The position numbers were made by a program, and so were the translations under genes. Source: Patescibacteria group bacterium (GTDB lineage: Bacteria > Patescibacteriota > Minisyncoccia > UBA6257 > JAAZHW01). From it: 64,000 bases of DNA. The DNA lies in the NCBI GenBank assembly GCA_026415775.1, contig JAOAGL010000001.1, positions 270,233 to 334,232 of the forward strand, read 5' to 3'. Positions 27,971 to 38,669 of this stretch are shown here, piece by piece; the stretch's first letter is position 1, and each line of letters starts with the position of its first letter. The notes under the pieces were generated by a model. It was not told the DNA's origin. It ran no database searches and was given only the letters and a program-made list of their open reading frames with translations.

Positions 27971-29050
27971 ATGATGTTCGCTCTTATTTTTATTATTTCT
28001 TTAAATATTTTAATTTTTATCCACGAACTGGGGCATTTTTTAGTTGCTAAGAAAAAAGGGTTAAAAGTGGAAGAGTTTGGCTTGGGGATACCGCCGAGAA
28101 TTTTTGGCATAAAAAAAGGAGAAACGATTTATTCAATTAATGCCTTGCCAATAGGAGGTTTTGTTAAAATTTATGGGGAAGATGGCTCTAATGCTGACAA
28201 AAAAGAGAGTTTTGCTAATCGATCGGCTGGAACGCGTATTAAAATTTTAGCTGCTGGAGTATTTATGAATTTAATTTTTGGGATTGTTCTTTTTATTGCT
28301 GGATTTAATATTGGTATTCCAGCCGTGGTAGAGAGCCAGAGCCTTGCGTTTATGAAGGATATTAAAACTTCTATTTTGGAGGTTCAGAAAAATTCTCCAG
28401 CCGAAGCGGCAGGCTTGAGAATGGGTGATAGAATTTTATTACTTCAAAAAGGAGAAGAAATTATTGAAAATCCAACAGTTGAAGAATTGCAGCAATTTAC
28501 TAAAAAATACGCGGGCCAAACAATTGTTTTAAATATTGAACGCGGAAAGGAAAATTTGATTATTGAGGTGACCCCGCGGGAGAAAATTAGTGAAAATGAA
28601 GGTCCTCTGGGAGTTGTTGTTGGAGAAACAGGTTTTCTTAAATACCCTTTCTGGAGAAGTGTTTGGGAAGGGTTTAAGGCGGGTATTTCTTTATTTGCAA
28701 ATGTATTTGTAATGCTTTTTATTTTTCTGAAATCTTTGATTTTTCAAGGAAAAATGATTGGGGAAGTGGCTGGGCCGGTGGGTATTACAGTTTTAGGAAC
28801 GCAAGTTTTGAAATTGGGTCTCGCATATTTTATTCAATTTTTAGCAACACTCTCAATATATCTAGCGGCTATTAATTTAGTGCCATTTCCTGCATTAGAT
28901 GGCAGTCGCATCTTTTTTATTTTATTAGAAAAAATTCGAGGCAAGGCGGTAGCAACTAAAACTGAAAATTTAATTCATACAATAGGTTTCGCAATTTTAT
29001 TGCTGATTTTTTTCGTGATTACTTATCGCGACATTGTTAAACTATTTTAA
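27971..29050 (+). CDS. rseP: RIP metalloprotease RseP with PDZ domain
   Basis: HELGH, PIGGFVKI.GE, AGV..N, SPAEAAGL, NLVPFPALDG. Confidence 0.94.
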   Translation: MMFALIFIISLNILIFIHELGHFLVAKKKGLKVEEFGLGIPPRIFGIKKGETIYSINALPIGGFVKIYGEDGSNADKKESFANRSAGTRIKILAAGVFMNLIFGIVLFIAGFNIGIPAVVESQSLAFMKDIKTSILEVQKNSPAEAAGLRMGDRILLLQKGEEIIENPTVEELQQFTKKYAGQTIVLNIERGKENLIIEVTPREKISENEGPLGVVVGETGFLKYPFWRSVWEGFKAGISLFANVFVMLFIFLKSLIFQGKMIGEVAGPVGITVLGTQVLKLGLAYFIQFLATLSIYLAAINLVPFPALDGSRIFFILLEKIRGKAVATKTENLIHTIGFAILLLIFFVITYRDIVKLF

Positions 29051-29097
29051 GGTCAAATTGAAAAAAATATAAAAAGTTATAAAATAAAAATAACACT

Positions 29098-30369
29098 ATG
29101 TTGCAGTCACAATTATTTTCTAAAGTTAGCAGAGATTTTCCAAAAGACGAGGTTTCAGTAAATGCGAAGTTATTAATTCGAGGAGGATTTGTTGACAAAG
29201 TGATGTCTGGCGTTTTTGTTTATTTACCATTAGGTTGGCGAGTTTATAAAAAAATAGAACAAATTATTAGAGAAGAAATGGTAGCTATAGGAGGTCAGGA
29301 AGTCTTCCTTTCAGTTTTAATGCCTAAGGAGTTGTGGCAAAAGACTGGTCGTTGGGATTCGTTTGGTGATGCTTTAATGAAGGTTAAAGACCGTTCTGAT
29401 AAGGAATATGTTTTGGGTCCGACACATGAAGAAATGATTGCCGAATTAGTAAGAAAAAATATTCATACTTATCGTGATTTACCAAAAGCTATTTTCCAAA
29501 TTCAAGATAAGTTTCGCGATGAACCAAGAGCAAAATCTGGTTTGTTGCGCGGCAAGGAATTTATGATGAAAGACTTGTATAGTTTTCATGCCACGCAGCA
29601 AGATTTGGATAATTATTATGAAGAGGCAAAGAAAGCTTATTTTAGAATTTTTTCGCGTTGCGGTTTAAAATCTTTTGCCGTTGAAGCTTCGGGCGGAGGA
29701 TTTACCAAAGAAAGGGTGCACGAGTTTATGGTTAAAACCCCAGCGGGCGAAGATATTACCGTTTTATGCGAATTGTGCGGCTTTGCCCAAAATAAACAAT
29801 TAGGTGAATATAAAGCTAAAAAAACTTGTCCTCAATGTGGCGGTCTTCTTAAAGAAGAAAAAACGGTTGAGGTGGGAAATATCTTTAAATTAGGTACCAA
29901 ATTCAGCGAGGACATCGGCGCGTATTTTATTGATCGTGATGGCAAGAAAAAGGCAGTGATTATGGGATGTTATGGAATAGGAGTCGGTCGTTTAATGGGA
30001 ACGGTTGTTGAAGTTTATCATGACGACAAAGGTATTGTTTGGCCGTTAAGTGTCGCTCCCTTTGCGGTTCATTTGATAAAAATTAATAATCCCGATGAGA
30101 AAATTGATAGAAAAATAAAGAAAGAAGCAGAAAAGGCTTATAATATCTTATTAAAGAATCAAATTGAAGTTTTATATGATGATCGTATGGATTTTTCTGC
30201 TGGCGAAAAATTAATAGAAGCTGATTTAATTGGCATTCCTTATCGAGCAATAATTAGCGAAAAAACCCTTCAAAAGCAATCAATTGAAATTAAAAGTCGA
30301 AATAGTGATAAGATAGAATTTATTAAATTATCACAACTGGGAAATTATTTTAAAAAAATCTTAAAATAA
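29098..30369 (+). CDS. proS: Prolyl-tRNA synthetase (short form without editing insertion)
   Basis: LGPTHEE, KFRDEPR...GLLRGKEF.MKD.YSF, EVGNIFKLGTK, MGCYGIG. Confidence 0.96.
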   Translation: MLQSQLFSKVSRDFPKDEVSVNAKLLIRGGFVDKVMSGVFVYLPLGWRVYKKIEQIIREEMVAIGGQEVFLSVLMPKELWQKTGRWDSFGDALMKVKDRSDKEYVLGPTHEEMIAELVRKNIHTYRDLPKAIFQIQDKFRDEPRAKSGLLRGKEFMMKDLYSFHATQQDLDNYYEEAKKAYFRIFSRCGLKSFAVEASGGGFTKERVHEFMVKTPAGEDITVLCELCGFAQNKQLGEYKAKKTCPQCGGLLKEEKTVEVGNIFKLGTKFSEDIGAYFIDRDGKKKAVIMGCYGIGVGRLMGTVVEVYHDDKGIVWPLSVAPFAVHLIKINNPDEKIDRKIKKEAEKAYNILLKNQIEVLYDDRMDFSAGEKLIEADLIGIPYRAIISEKTLQKQSIEIKSRNSDKIEFIKLSQLGNYFKKILK

Positions 30370-30370
30370 T

Positions 30371-31423
30371 ATGTTTAAAAAAATATTAGCCAAATTATCG
30401 CCGGGTTTAGGAATTGATTTGGGAACAGCCAATTCACTTGTTTATTTAGAAAAAGAAGGGATAGTCATAAATGAACCATCTGTAGTGGCTTACAATCAAA
30501 AAACAGGTGAGATTTTAGCGATTGGTAAAGAGGCGCAGGCAATGATAGGGCGGACGCCGCCGCATATTGCGGCTGTTCAACCATTAACAAATGGGGTTAT
30601 TTCCGATTTTGAATTAACAGAAGAAATGCTCAAATATTTTTATAAGAAATTTCGCAAATCAAAAATGGGAATTTTACCTTATCGTCCGAGGGTTGTTATT
30701 GGAGTTCCTTGCGGTATTACTGAAGTTGAAAGAAAAGCGGTTGCTGATGCGGCTTTGAATGCTGGAGCGGGGGAAATATATTTAATTGAAGAGGCGTTGG
30801 CTGCGGCCATCGGCAGTCATATACCCATTTTTGAACCATCAGGAAATATTTTGGTTGATATTGGCGGCGGGACAACTGATATTGTCGTTGTTTCATTGGG
30901 TGGTATTGTACGGTATAAAAATTTAAAAATCGCCGGGCAGAAATTCAACGAAGATATTATTAGATATGTAAAAGATGAATATCGATTATTAATTGGAGAA
31001 ATGACCGCAGAGCAAATTAAATTAGAAATAGGAGCGGCAAAAATTAATGGCATGGAGAAAAGGGAAGCTATTGCGCGAGGGCGGGATTTGGCTACTGGTT
31101 TGCCGAAAGAAATTGTTTTAACAACTGATGAAATTGCTAAAGCATTAGACAAATCGTTGAAAGTTTTAATAGAGGCCATTCGTTTAACTATTGAAGAAAC
31201 ACCCCCAGAATTAGTTGCTGATATTTCGACAAAAAGTATTTGGTTGTCTGGCGGTGGTAGTTTGTTGCGAAACCTGGATCGTTTAATTGAAAATTATTGT
31301 GGGATGCCGGTTAAATTAGTCGATGATCCATTAACTGCTACTGTTAGAGGTTTGGGTATGGTTGTTGAGGATTTAGAAAAGTACAAGAATATTGTGAGTT
31401 ATGAATCACAAACAAAAGAATAA
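30371..31423 (+). CDS. mreB: Rod shape-determining protein MreB (paralog 2)
   Basis: GIDLGTAN, EPSVVA, DIGGGTT, TPPEL; directly upstream of mreC/mreD. Confidence 0.94.
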   Translation: MFKKILAKLSPGLGIDLGTANSLVYLEKEGIVINEPSVVAYNQKTGEILAIGKEAQAMIGRTPPHIAAVQPLTNGVISDFELTEEMLKYFYKKFRKSKMGILPYRPRVVIGVPCGITEVERKAVADAALNAGAGEIYLIEEALAAAIGSHIPIFEPSGNILVDIGGGTTDIVVVSLGGIVRYKNLKIAGQKFNEDIIRYVKDEYRLLIGEMTAEQIKLEIGAAKINGMEKREAIARGRDLATGLPKEIVLTTDEIAKALDKSLKVLIEAIRLTIEETPPELVADISTKSIWLSGGGSLLRNLDRLIENYCGMPVKLVDDPLTATVRGLGMVVEDLEKYKNIVSYESQTKE

Positions 31424-32180
31424 TCTAATAATTTTGATTATTATTTATTGGATTTTTTTGAATCTCCAATTTGTTTCAGCAGCAACAGAATCCAAAACTT
31501 TCTTTGAAAATTGGAGAACATTTTTTTTAAACGTGGTCAAAAACATAGATTATTGGATTAACGGCGTAATTAAATACAAAGATATTCAAGAAGAAAATAA
31601 TTTTTTAATTTTTCAAAATCGGGCATTAAAATCGCTTTTAATTGAATATCAGGATTTAAAATATGAAAACGAACTTTTGAAGGATGCCCTGCAATTAAAA
31701 AAATCAAAAAATCTTAATTTCGTTTTGGCGAATATTGTCGGGCGTTCACCATTAAATTTTTCGCAAACATTTATTATTGATAAGGGGGAAGAGGATGGTA
31801 TCAAAGTCGGACAGATAATCGTGTGGGCTGGAAAAACTTTGGTGGGAGAAGTTATAGATGTTTCGAAGAGTTTTAGCACCGCAAGGGCAATTACCGATTC
31901 AGATTTTAAAGCCGCAGTTTTTGTAGGTGAAAAGAAAAGCGAAGGACTTTTTAAGGGGAATGGTTTTTTGGAGCCTCGCATTGACCTCATACCTGTTAAG
32001 GAAGAAATTAATGCCGGTGATGTTGTATATACTTCCGGTTTGGATAATAAATTTATAAAAAATTTATATATTGGAGAAGTAGAAGAAGCGGTGAAGCCCG
32101 CTGGTAAAGTTTTTCAAGAAATAAAGGTAAAACCAGCTGTTGATTGGACAAAATTATACCAAGTACTAGTTATTCTTTAA
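31401..32180 (+). CDS. mreC: Rod shape-determining protein MreC
   Basis: Coiled coil ENELLK, IIDKG..DGI..G, GD.VYTSGL, PAVD; operon position. Confidence 0.9.
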   Translation: MNHKQKNNLIILIIIYWIFLNLQFVSAATESKTFFENWRTFFLNVVKNIDYWINGVIKYKDIQEENNFLIFQNRALKSLLIEYQDLKYENELLKDALQLKKSKNLNFVLANIVGRSPLNFSQTFIIDKGEEDGIKVGQIIVWAGKTLVGEVIDVSKSFSTARAITDSDFKAAVFVGEKKSEGLFKGNGFLEPRIDLIPVKEEINAGDVVYTSGLDNKFIKNLYIGEVEEAVKPAGKVFQEIKVKPAVDWTKLYQVLVIL

Positions 32181-32184
32181 GACA

Positions 32185-32703
32185 ATGAAAAAAAATATAA
32201 GAGATTTTTTTAAAATAATTATTTTCGGTTTTTTTATTGGTTTTTTAGCGTTATTGCAAATAACTTTTATTAATTGGTTTGATATTTTTGGCGTTAAAAT
32301 AAATCTTGTTCTTATGGGGCTTTTGGCTAATATTTTTAATCCCAGCTGGATGTTAGTTCTTTTCGGTGTTTTTATTGGAGGTTTTATCTATGATTTTACA
32401 AGCCTTTTTAATTTTAGTTATTTAATTAGCTTCTTGGTTCTCGTATTGCTATTTAGATTTTTTGGGAGAAAATATTTAGTAGAAAAACACTTATTTTTAA
32501 ATTTTTTTATTGGTTTTTTGGGGACCATTGTTTTTAATTTTTTCTACGTATTAATCAATTACATTTTTTTTCAAAATAACTTTTTTAATTATTTTTTAAG
32601 TTGGCGGCATCTTTTAGAAATCGGGATAAATTCACTACTAGTTTTTATTTTAGGATTAATGGGGGAATTTTTTAAATTAATTGTAAAGATGATTAAAAAA
32701 TAA
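32185..32703 (+). CDS. mreD: Rod shape-determining protein MreD-like membrane protein
   Basis: Very hydrophobic, LQ...NL.L, GG..YD pattern; lies between mreC and pbp2. Confidence 0.75.
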   Translation: MKKNIRDFFKIIIFGFFIGFLALLQITFINWFDIFGVKINLVLMGLLANIFNPSWMLVLFGVFIGGFIYDFTSLFNFSYLISFLVLVLLFRFFGRKYLVEKHLFLNFFIGFLGTIVFNFFYVLINYIFFQNNFFNYFLSWRHLLEIGINSLLVFILGLMGEFFKLIVKMIKK

Positions 32704-32704
32704 A

Positions 32705-34633
32705 ATGAAGTTACATCTTAAAAAAAATAAAAAAATAAAAAGAGAAAGTGATTTTTTAGAGGCGGAGGAGATTTTATTTAATAAAGAAGCCCTTTCTAAA
32801 TTAAGCGACTTGGAAGAAACGCAGAGATTAGAATTAGATATTGGTCGATGGGGGTTAGATTTATTGTTGGTCATTTTTCTTTTTTTTATTATTTTCTCTT
32901 TTGGGTGGGTGGTTGTTTTAAATTTTTCAAAAGGAAAAGAACTAACATTGGCCGCACAGCAGAATGCCATAACTTCTATCCCGATTATTGCCAATAGGGG
33001 TTTAATTTTTGATCGATTTAATAAAGAGCTGGTTTATAATCAAGAGGTTTTTGATTTAATTCTTTTCCCCGCTTATTTGCCCACGGACAAAAAGGAAAGA
33101 GAGGAATTTTTAAAGAAAATTAAAGAAGATGAAGAAATTGCCGTTTCTTTATCAGAGGAAAAATTAGAAGAAAATAAAAATCTTGAACCGATTGTTTTAA
33201 AGAGTAATTTGTCGCGAGAAGAAGCAATAAAATATGAAAGTTATTTTGCTGATGCGGCCGCTATTCAAGTGATGAAACAAAATTTAAGACAATACCAAAA
33301 CAGCTTTGCTTTTAGTCACATTCTAGGCTATACGGGTCGTGTTTCCAAAGAGGATCTAGAGAAAAACCCTTATTATCAGAGATTTATTAAAATCGGAAAA
33401 AATGGACTAGAAGCTTTTTATGAGGATTATTTAAAAGGCGAGAATGGAGAAATTAAAATCTTACGCAATGCGGCAATGGAAATTCTTAATGAAGGAGTGG
33501 TAAAAGAACCAATCGATGGTAATAATTTATATTTAACAATAGACGCTGAGCTTCAGCAGTATAGTTATAACCGTTTGGCTCAACAGATAAAAAATTTAGG
33601 AATTAAACCGAGGGGAGGTGTGGTAATTATAACCAATCCAAATTCTGGTGAAATTTTATCACTTGTGAGTTATCCCGGTTACGATATCAACCTTTTTTCT
33701 AAGGGCATTAGCGTCGAAGAGTTTCAAAAGCTAACCAATGATAATAGTAAGCCATTATTTAATAGGGCGATTTTGGGATTATACAACCCCGGTTCAACTA
33801 TCAAGCCGATTATGGCAATGGCTGCTTTGTTAGAAAACATCATTGATCCTTACAAAAAAATTGAAACTCATGGTTATATCACTATTCCCAATCCATATTT
33901 CCCTGATAAACCTTCAATTTTTGTTGATTGGCGCAATAATGGTTATGTTAATATGATTGATGCAATCGCACGATCCAGCAACGTTTATTTTTATATTATC
34001 GGCGGCGGCTATGAAAATTATCAAGGATTGGGGATTGCGAAAATCAAAAAATATTTAGAGGAATTTCAATTTAATTTTATTACAGGAATTGATTTGCCAG
34101 CGGAAAAAATTGGTTATATTCCCGATGAAAAAACCAAAGAATCTTGGCGTGTAGGCGACACCTACAATGTTTCTATTGGCCAGGGCGATTTAACAACAAC
34201 TCCAATTCGTTTAATTACGAGTTTAAATTCCTTGATTAATAATGGTCGTTTATTAAGGCCGTATCTTGTGAAATATATCAACACCAACAACAATCAAATT
34301 ATTTTACAAAACAACCCCCAAGTTATTAAAGAAAATTTTCTTAATCCAAACTACTTAAAAATTGTAAAAGAGGGTATGGGGCAAACAGTAAAAAGCGCTA
34401 TGGGAACAGCGCATATTTTGGCTGATTTGCCATTCAGCGTTGGAGGAAAAAGCGGAAGCGCTCAAACTGCTGGTAATACAAAAATAAATGCTTTATTTTA
34501 TGGTTTTGCTCCTTTTGAAAATCCGCAAATTTCCATTCTTGTTTTAATTGAAGATGTTCCAGAGGGATCATTGAATGCCATTCCGGTGGTAAAAGATATT
34601 TTGTTGTGGTATTATAAAAACAGAGGATTTTAG
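32705..34633 (+). CDS. mrdA: Penicillin-binding protein 2
   Basis: RG.IFDR, STIK (SxxK), SSN (SxN), KSG motif, SIGQG. Confidence 0.93.
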   Translation: MKLHLKKNKKIKRESDFLEAEEILFNKEALSKLSDLEETQRLELDIGRWGLDLLLVIFLFFIIFSFGWVVVLNFSKGKELTLAAQQNAITSIPIIANRGLIFDRFNKELVYNQEVFDLILFPAYLPTDKKEREEFLKKIKEDEEIAVSLSEEKLEENKNLEPIVLKSNLSREEAIKYESYFADAAAIQVMKQNLRQYQNSFAFSHILGYTGRVSKEDLEKNPYYQRFIKIGKNGLEAFYEDYLKGENGEIKILRNAAMEILNEGVVKEPIDGNNLYLTIDAELQQYSYNRLAQQIKNLGIKPRGGVVIITNPNSGEILSLVSYPGYDINLFSKGISVEEFQKLTNDNSKPLFNRAILGLYNPGSTIKPIMAMAALLENIIDPYKKIETHGYITIPNPYFPDKPSIFVDWRNNGYVNMIDAIARSSNVYFYIIGGGYENYQGLGIAKIKKYLEEFQFNFITGIDLPAEKIGYIPDEKTKESWRVGDTYNVSIGQGDLTTTPIRLITSLNSLINNGRLLRPYLVKYINTNNNQIILQNNPQVIKENFLNPNYLKIVKEGMGQTVKSAMGTAHILADLPFSVGGKSGSAQTAGNTKINALFYGFAPFENPQISILVLIEDVPEGSLNAIPVVKDILLWYYKNRGF

Positions 34634-34679
34634 GTCGGTTACTGTCAGGGTCTTTAAGAGATCGTTTTTTTATTTTATT

Positions 34680-35147
34680 ATGAGCGAGAAAATATATTTA
34701 TCTAAAGAAAAATACGAAGAACTACAAAAAGAATTGGAAGAAAGAAAAACAAAAATTCGCAATAAAATTGCCAATGATTTAAAACACGCTAAAGAACTTG
34801 GTGATTTATCAGAAAATGCGGCTTATGCCGAAGCAAAAGAAGCAAAACAAAAAAATGACCAGCGAATCGCCGAATTGGAAAATATATTGCATAATTGCGT
34901 TGTTATTGAAAAACAAGAAAAAAATGATAAAGTAAATATAGGTTCAAAAGTAAAATTAGAAGATGAATCAGGAAATATTTTAGAGTACACCATAGTTGGT
35001 TCGTTAGAAAGCGATCCCGCTAATAAGTGCATTTCTTTTAAATCGCCATTGGGGGAATCATTATTGAATAAAAAAGCGGGAGAAGAAATAAAATTTTGTG
35101 GTCCAAATAATAATTGCAAAAAATACAAAATTTTAGAGATTAACTAA
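34680..35147 (+). CDS. greA: Transcription elongation factor GreA
   Basis: GDLSENA.Y, IS..SPLG. Confidence 0.96.
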   Translation: MSEKIYLSKEKYEELQKELEERKTKIRNKIANDLKHAKELGDLSENAAYAEAKEAKQKNDQRIAELENILHNCVVIEKQEKNDKVNIGSKVKLEDESGNILEYTIVGSLESDPANKCISFKSPLGESLLNKKAGEEIKFCGPNNNCKKYKILEIN

Positions 35148-35149
35148 TT

Positions 35150-36628
35150 ATGTCTACCGCTGATCAAATTAAAAAATTGAGATTGAAAAAAATAGCGGAA
35201 TTGACCAAAAACGGTGAGTTAATTTATCCTAGTCAATCGAGAAAAAATTCTTCCATTGGGGAGGTTTTGCTGCATTTTGAAAAATGGAGCAAAAAAAGAA
35301 AAAAGGTTTGTTTGGCGGGGAGAATTATGAGCTTGCGATTCCACGGAGGAATAATTTTTATTGATTTAAGAGACGGTAGTGGAAATATACAATTAGTTTT
35401 TAAGAAAGGCGAAACAAAAAATTTTGAAAACGTTGAAAATTATTTTGATGTTAGCGATTTTATTGAGGTTGATGGATATCCTTTTCAAACACAGCGCGGA
35501 GAAAAAAGTTTGATGGTTTTGGGTTGGGGATTATTAGCTAAGAGCTTAAAACCTCTACCATCAGAATGGTATGGTTTAAAAGATGTTGAAGAAAGATTTC
35601 GCAAACGTTATCTTGATATAGCTCTAAATAAAGAGATAAAAAATAGATTTAATTTGCGAGCAAAAATTATTCAGGCGCTTAGAGAATTTTTAGAGAAAAA
35701 CGAATTCATAGAAGTTGAAACACCAATATTACAAACTCTTCATGGCGGAGCTTTGGCGCGTCCTTTTAAAACCAAACTCAATGCTCTAAATATGCCCCTT
35801 TATTTAAGAATTGCGCCCGAGCTCTATTTAAAAAGATTACTCGTGGGCGGGTTTGAGAAAATTTATGAAATTGGTAAGTGTTTTCGAAATGAAGGCATTG
35901 ATAAAACACATAATCCTGAATTTACAATGATGGAGCTGTATTGGGCATATCAAAATTATGAAGGGTTGATGAATTTTATTGAAGAATTGATTATGTTTAT
36001 TTTAAAAAAGACTTTTTCTGATAGTAGCAACCCTCTGCTTTTAGTTTACGACAACAAAACAATTAATTTTGAACCGCCATGGCCAAGAATTAATTTTCTA
36101 GATTTAATTAAGAAAAAAACTAATCTAGATCCAAACATTCATAATGAAAAAGAAATTTTAGCGTTTTTGCAGAGTCGGGGAGTGGAAATAAAAGAAGAGA
36201 TGAAGAATCAAAATAAATGGGAACTTCTTGATGAAGTTTATAAAAAAATATGTATGGAAGAGATTATCCAACCTACATTTATCATTCATCATCCTGTGGC
36301 ATTATCTCCATTGGCAAAAATTCGACAAGAAAACAGAGATGAAACAGAGCGATTTCAATTAGTTGTGGCTGGTATCGAATTTGTTAATGGCTACTCAGAA
36401 TTAAATGATCCCGTTGATCAGGCTAAAAGATTTAAAAATCAAGAACAAAGAAGAAGAGCCGGAAATGAAGAAGCGTCGCCGTTTGATAAGGATTTTATTG
36501 AGGCGCTTGAATATGGTATGCCACCAACCGCTGGTGTGGGTATTGGTATCGATCGTTTGGTGATGCTTTTAACTAATGCGCCTTCAATTAAAGAGGTCAT
36601 TTTCTTTCCTTTTATGAAAAATAAATAA
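35150..36628 (+). CDS. lysS: Lysyl-tRNA synthetase (class II)
   Basis: YLRIAPELYLKRL, FRNEG...HNPEFT, YGMPPTAG.GIGIDRL. Confidence 0.97.
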   Translation: MSTADQIKKLRLKKIAELTKNGELIYPSQSRKNSSIGEVLLHFEKWSKKRKKVCLAGRIMSLRFHGGIIFIDLRDGSGNIQLVFKKGETKNFENVENYFDVSDFIEVDGYPFQTQRGEKSLMVLGWGLLAKSLKPLPSEWYGLKDVEERFRKRYLDIALNKEIKNRFNLRAKIIQALREFLEKNEFIEVETPILQTLHGGALARPFKTKLNALNMPLYLRIAPELYLKRLLVGGFEKIYEIGKCFRNEGIDKTHNPEFTMMELYWAYQNYEGLMNFIEELIMFILKKTFSDSSNPLLLVYDNKTINFEPPWPRINFLDLIKKKTNLDPNIHNEKEILAFLQSRGVEIKEEMKNQNKWELLDEVYKKICMEEIIQPTFIIHHPVALSPLAKIRQENRDETERFQLVVAGIEFVNGYSELNDPVDQAKRFKNQEQRRRAGNEEASPFDKDFIEALEYGMPPTAGVGIGIDRLVMLLTNAPSIKEVIFFPFMKNK

Positions 36629-36629
36629 T

Positions 36630-37868
36630 ATGCTCACGTATCTTTTAAAACAAATTAGGGAAAATCCTTCAATATTTGAAGATGGTTTGAATAAAAAGAA
36701 TAGAGATTCGGGGATTATTAAAAAAATTGTTGAGTTGGACAAGGATTACAGGAGTATTTTATCAGAAATAGAATTTCTAAGGGCTGAATTAAATATTTTA
36801 TCAAAAGAAGCTTCAAAGAATTTCAGTCAAGACCAACTAGAAAAAGCAAAAGCAACTAAACAACGCATTAAAGAATTAGAAAAAAATTTAGAGCCTCTGG
36901 AAAAACAATTAAATGAATTGCTTTATCGAATACCTAATATTCCATTGACAGATGTGCCTGTGGGTAAAGATGAAACAGAAAATGTTGTTTTGCGTGAAGT
37001 AGGTAAAAAACCTAATTTTAAATTTGAAGCAAAAGATTATTTGACTTTGGTTGAAGATAATTGGATTGATGTCAAAAGGGCGGCGAAAGTTTCAGGCACA
37101 CGTTTTGGTTATTTAAAAAATGAAGCGGTAATGATTGAATATGCTTTGGTTCGTTGGGTTATGCATTTTTTAAGAGAAAAAGGATTTATTCCTGTTGTCC
37201 CGCCTGCTCTAATTTTTTCTAAATCAATGAAAGCAATGGGTTATATTGATGAGGAAAAAGATTTAGCAGAGCGTTATTATTTCCCTCAAGATGATTTATT
37301 TTTGATTGGGACAGCAGAGCAGGCGATAGGACCAATGCACATGGACGAAGTCTTTGAAGAAAAACAATTACCCCTTCGCTATATTGCTTTCTCTCCTTGT
37401 TTTCGGAGAGAGGCTGGCTCTTATGGAAAGGACACAAAAGGTATTTGGCGTGTTCATTATTTTGAAAAATTAGAAATGTTTATTTTTTGTACTCCTGAAC
37501 AATCAGAAAAAGAGCATCAATTAATTTTATCTATTGAAGAAGAACTGATGCAGGCGTTGAAAATTCCTTATCGTGTTATTCAATTGTGCAGTGGAGATTT
37601 GGCAAATCCTTCAGCAAAAAGTTTTGATATTGAGGCGTGGTTGCCTTCTCAAAATCGTTATGCGGAAACCCATTCGTGTAGTAATTGTACAGATTTTCAA
37701 TCCCAACGTTTAAATATTCGTTATAAGAGTAAAAATGGTTTGCGTTTTGTTCATACTTTAAATGGTACTGCTTTTGCTATTGGTAGAATTTTAGTTGCCA
37801 TCATAGAGAATTATCAAAAAGAAGATGGTTCAATTGAAATTCCAGAGGTGCTCAAAAAGTATTTATAA
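36630..37868 (+). CDS. serS: Seryl-tRNA synthetase
   Basis: GTAE, CFRREAGSYGKDT, ETHSCSNCTDFQ, HTLNGT. Confidence 0.97.
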   Translation: MLTYLLKQIRENPSIFEDGLNKKNRDSGIIKKIVELDKDYRSILSEIEFLRAELNILSKEASKNFSQDQLEKAKATKQRIKELEKNLEPLEKQLNELLYRIPNIPLTDVPVGKDETENVVLREVGKKPNFKFEAKDYLTLVEDNWIDVKRAAKVSGTRFGYLKNEAVMIEYALVRWVMHFLREKGFIPVVPPALIFSKSMKAMGYIDEEKDLAERYYFPQDDLFLIGTAEQAIGPMHMDEVFEEKQLPLRYIAFSPCFRREAGSYGKDTKGIWRVHYFEKLEMFIFCTPEQSEKEHQLILSIEEELMQALKIPYRVIQLCSGDLANPSAKSFDIEAWLPSQNRYAETHSCSNCTDFQSQRLNIRYKSKNGLRFVHTLNGTAFAIGRILVAIIENYQKEDGSIEIPEVLKKYL

Positions 37869-37883
37869 TTTATAATATATTTG

Positions 37884-38666
37884 ATGCATGCGCGCTCCAT
37901 TAATACTTATCGTCTAAGACAAATTCAAAAACGACGTCAAAAAAAACGGCGGCTATTAATGACCTTTTTGATTTTAATAGTTTTTTTTGGAATATTCATT
38001 TCCATTCTTTATTCCAAAATTTTTCTTTTTCAGCGATTGATTATTGCCGGTAATAATTTAGTTTCAATTTCGGATGTTTATAGAAAAATCCAAGAGATAA
38101 ATAATAATCGAAAACTATTTTACCTTTTTGATTTAAGTGGAAACATTCTTTTTTGGAGTGATGATTTGTGTAATAAAATCAAAGAAACATCGCCCACTAT
38201 AGAGAGCGTGAACTGTCAAAAAGATTTTGTGAGTAAAACACTTAAAATCTCATTAAAAGAAAGAACCCCCCTTTTTTTATTTTATGACGAAATTTCAAAC
38301 CAGTATTTTTATGCAGATAAAGACGGCATTCTCTTTTATCAAATAAATCGCAACGATAAAGAGAATTTAATTTTAATTTATAATAAGGGGAATAACATTT
38401 ATCATTTAGGCGATAAATTAGCAATTGATTTGAAGCAAATTTTTGATTTAACTCAAATTATCAATAAAAAATTTAATTTCAAAAACTTCGAACTTACTAA
38501 TCAGGACATTATTGTAGTCTGCGACGGCGGCTTTAAAATTTTAATCAATCTTAATAAATTGTCGGAAACAACAAAATTCGTACCTAAATTATTAGAAAGC
38601 AATTTTGATTTCGGCAACTTAGAATATTTGGATTTAAGATTTTTGCCCAAAATTTATTATAAATAA
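37884..38666 (+). CDS. ftsQ: Cell division protein FtsQ/DivIB-like
   Basis: Basic N-tail, TM helix, POTRA-like I.GN, KER.P, C-terminal YLDLRF. Confidence 0.75.
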   Translation: MHARSINTYRLRQIQKRRQKKRRLLMTFLILIVFFGIFISILYSKIFLFQRLIIAGNNLVSISDVYRKIQEINNNRKLFYLFDLSGNILFWSDDLCNKIKETSPTIESVNCQKDFVSKTLKISLKERTPLFLFYDEISNQYFYADKDGILFYQINRNDKENLILIYNKGNNIYHLGDKLAIDLKQIFDLTQIINKKFNFKNFELTNQDIIVVCDGGFKILINLNKLSETTKFVPKLLESNFDFGNLEYLDLRFLPKIYYK

Positions 38667-38669
38667 TTT

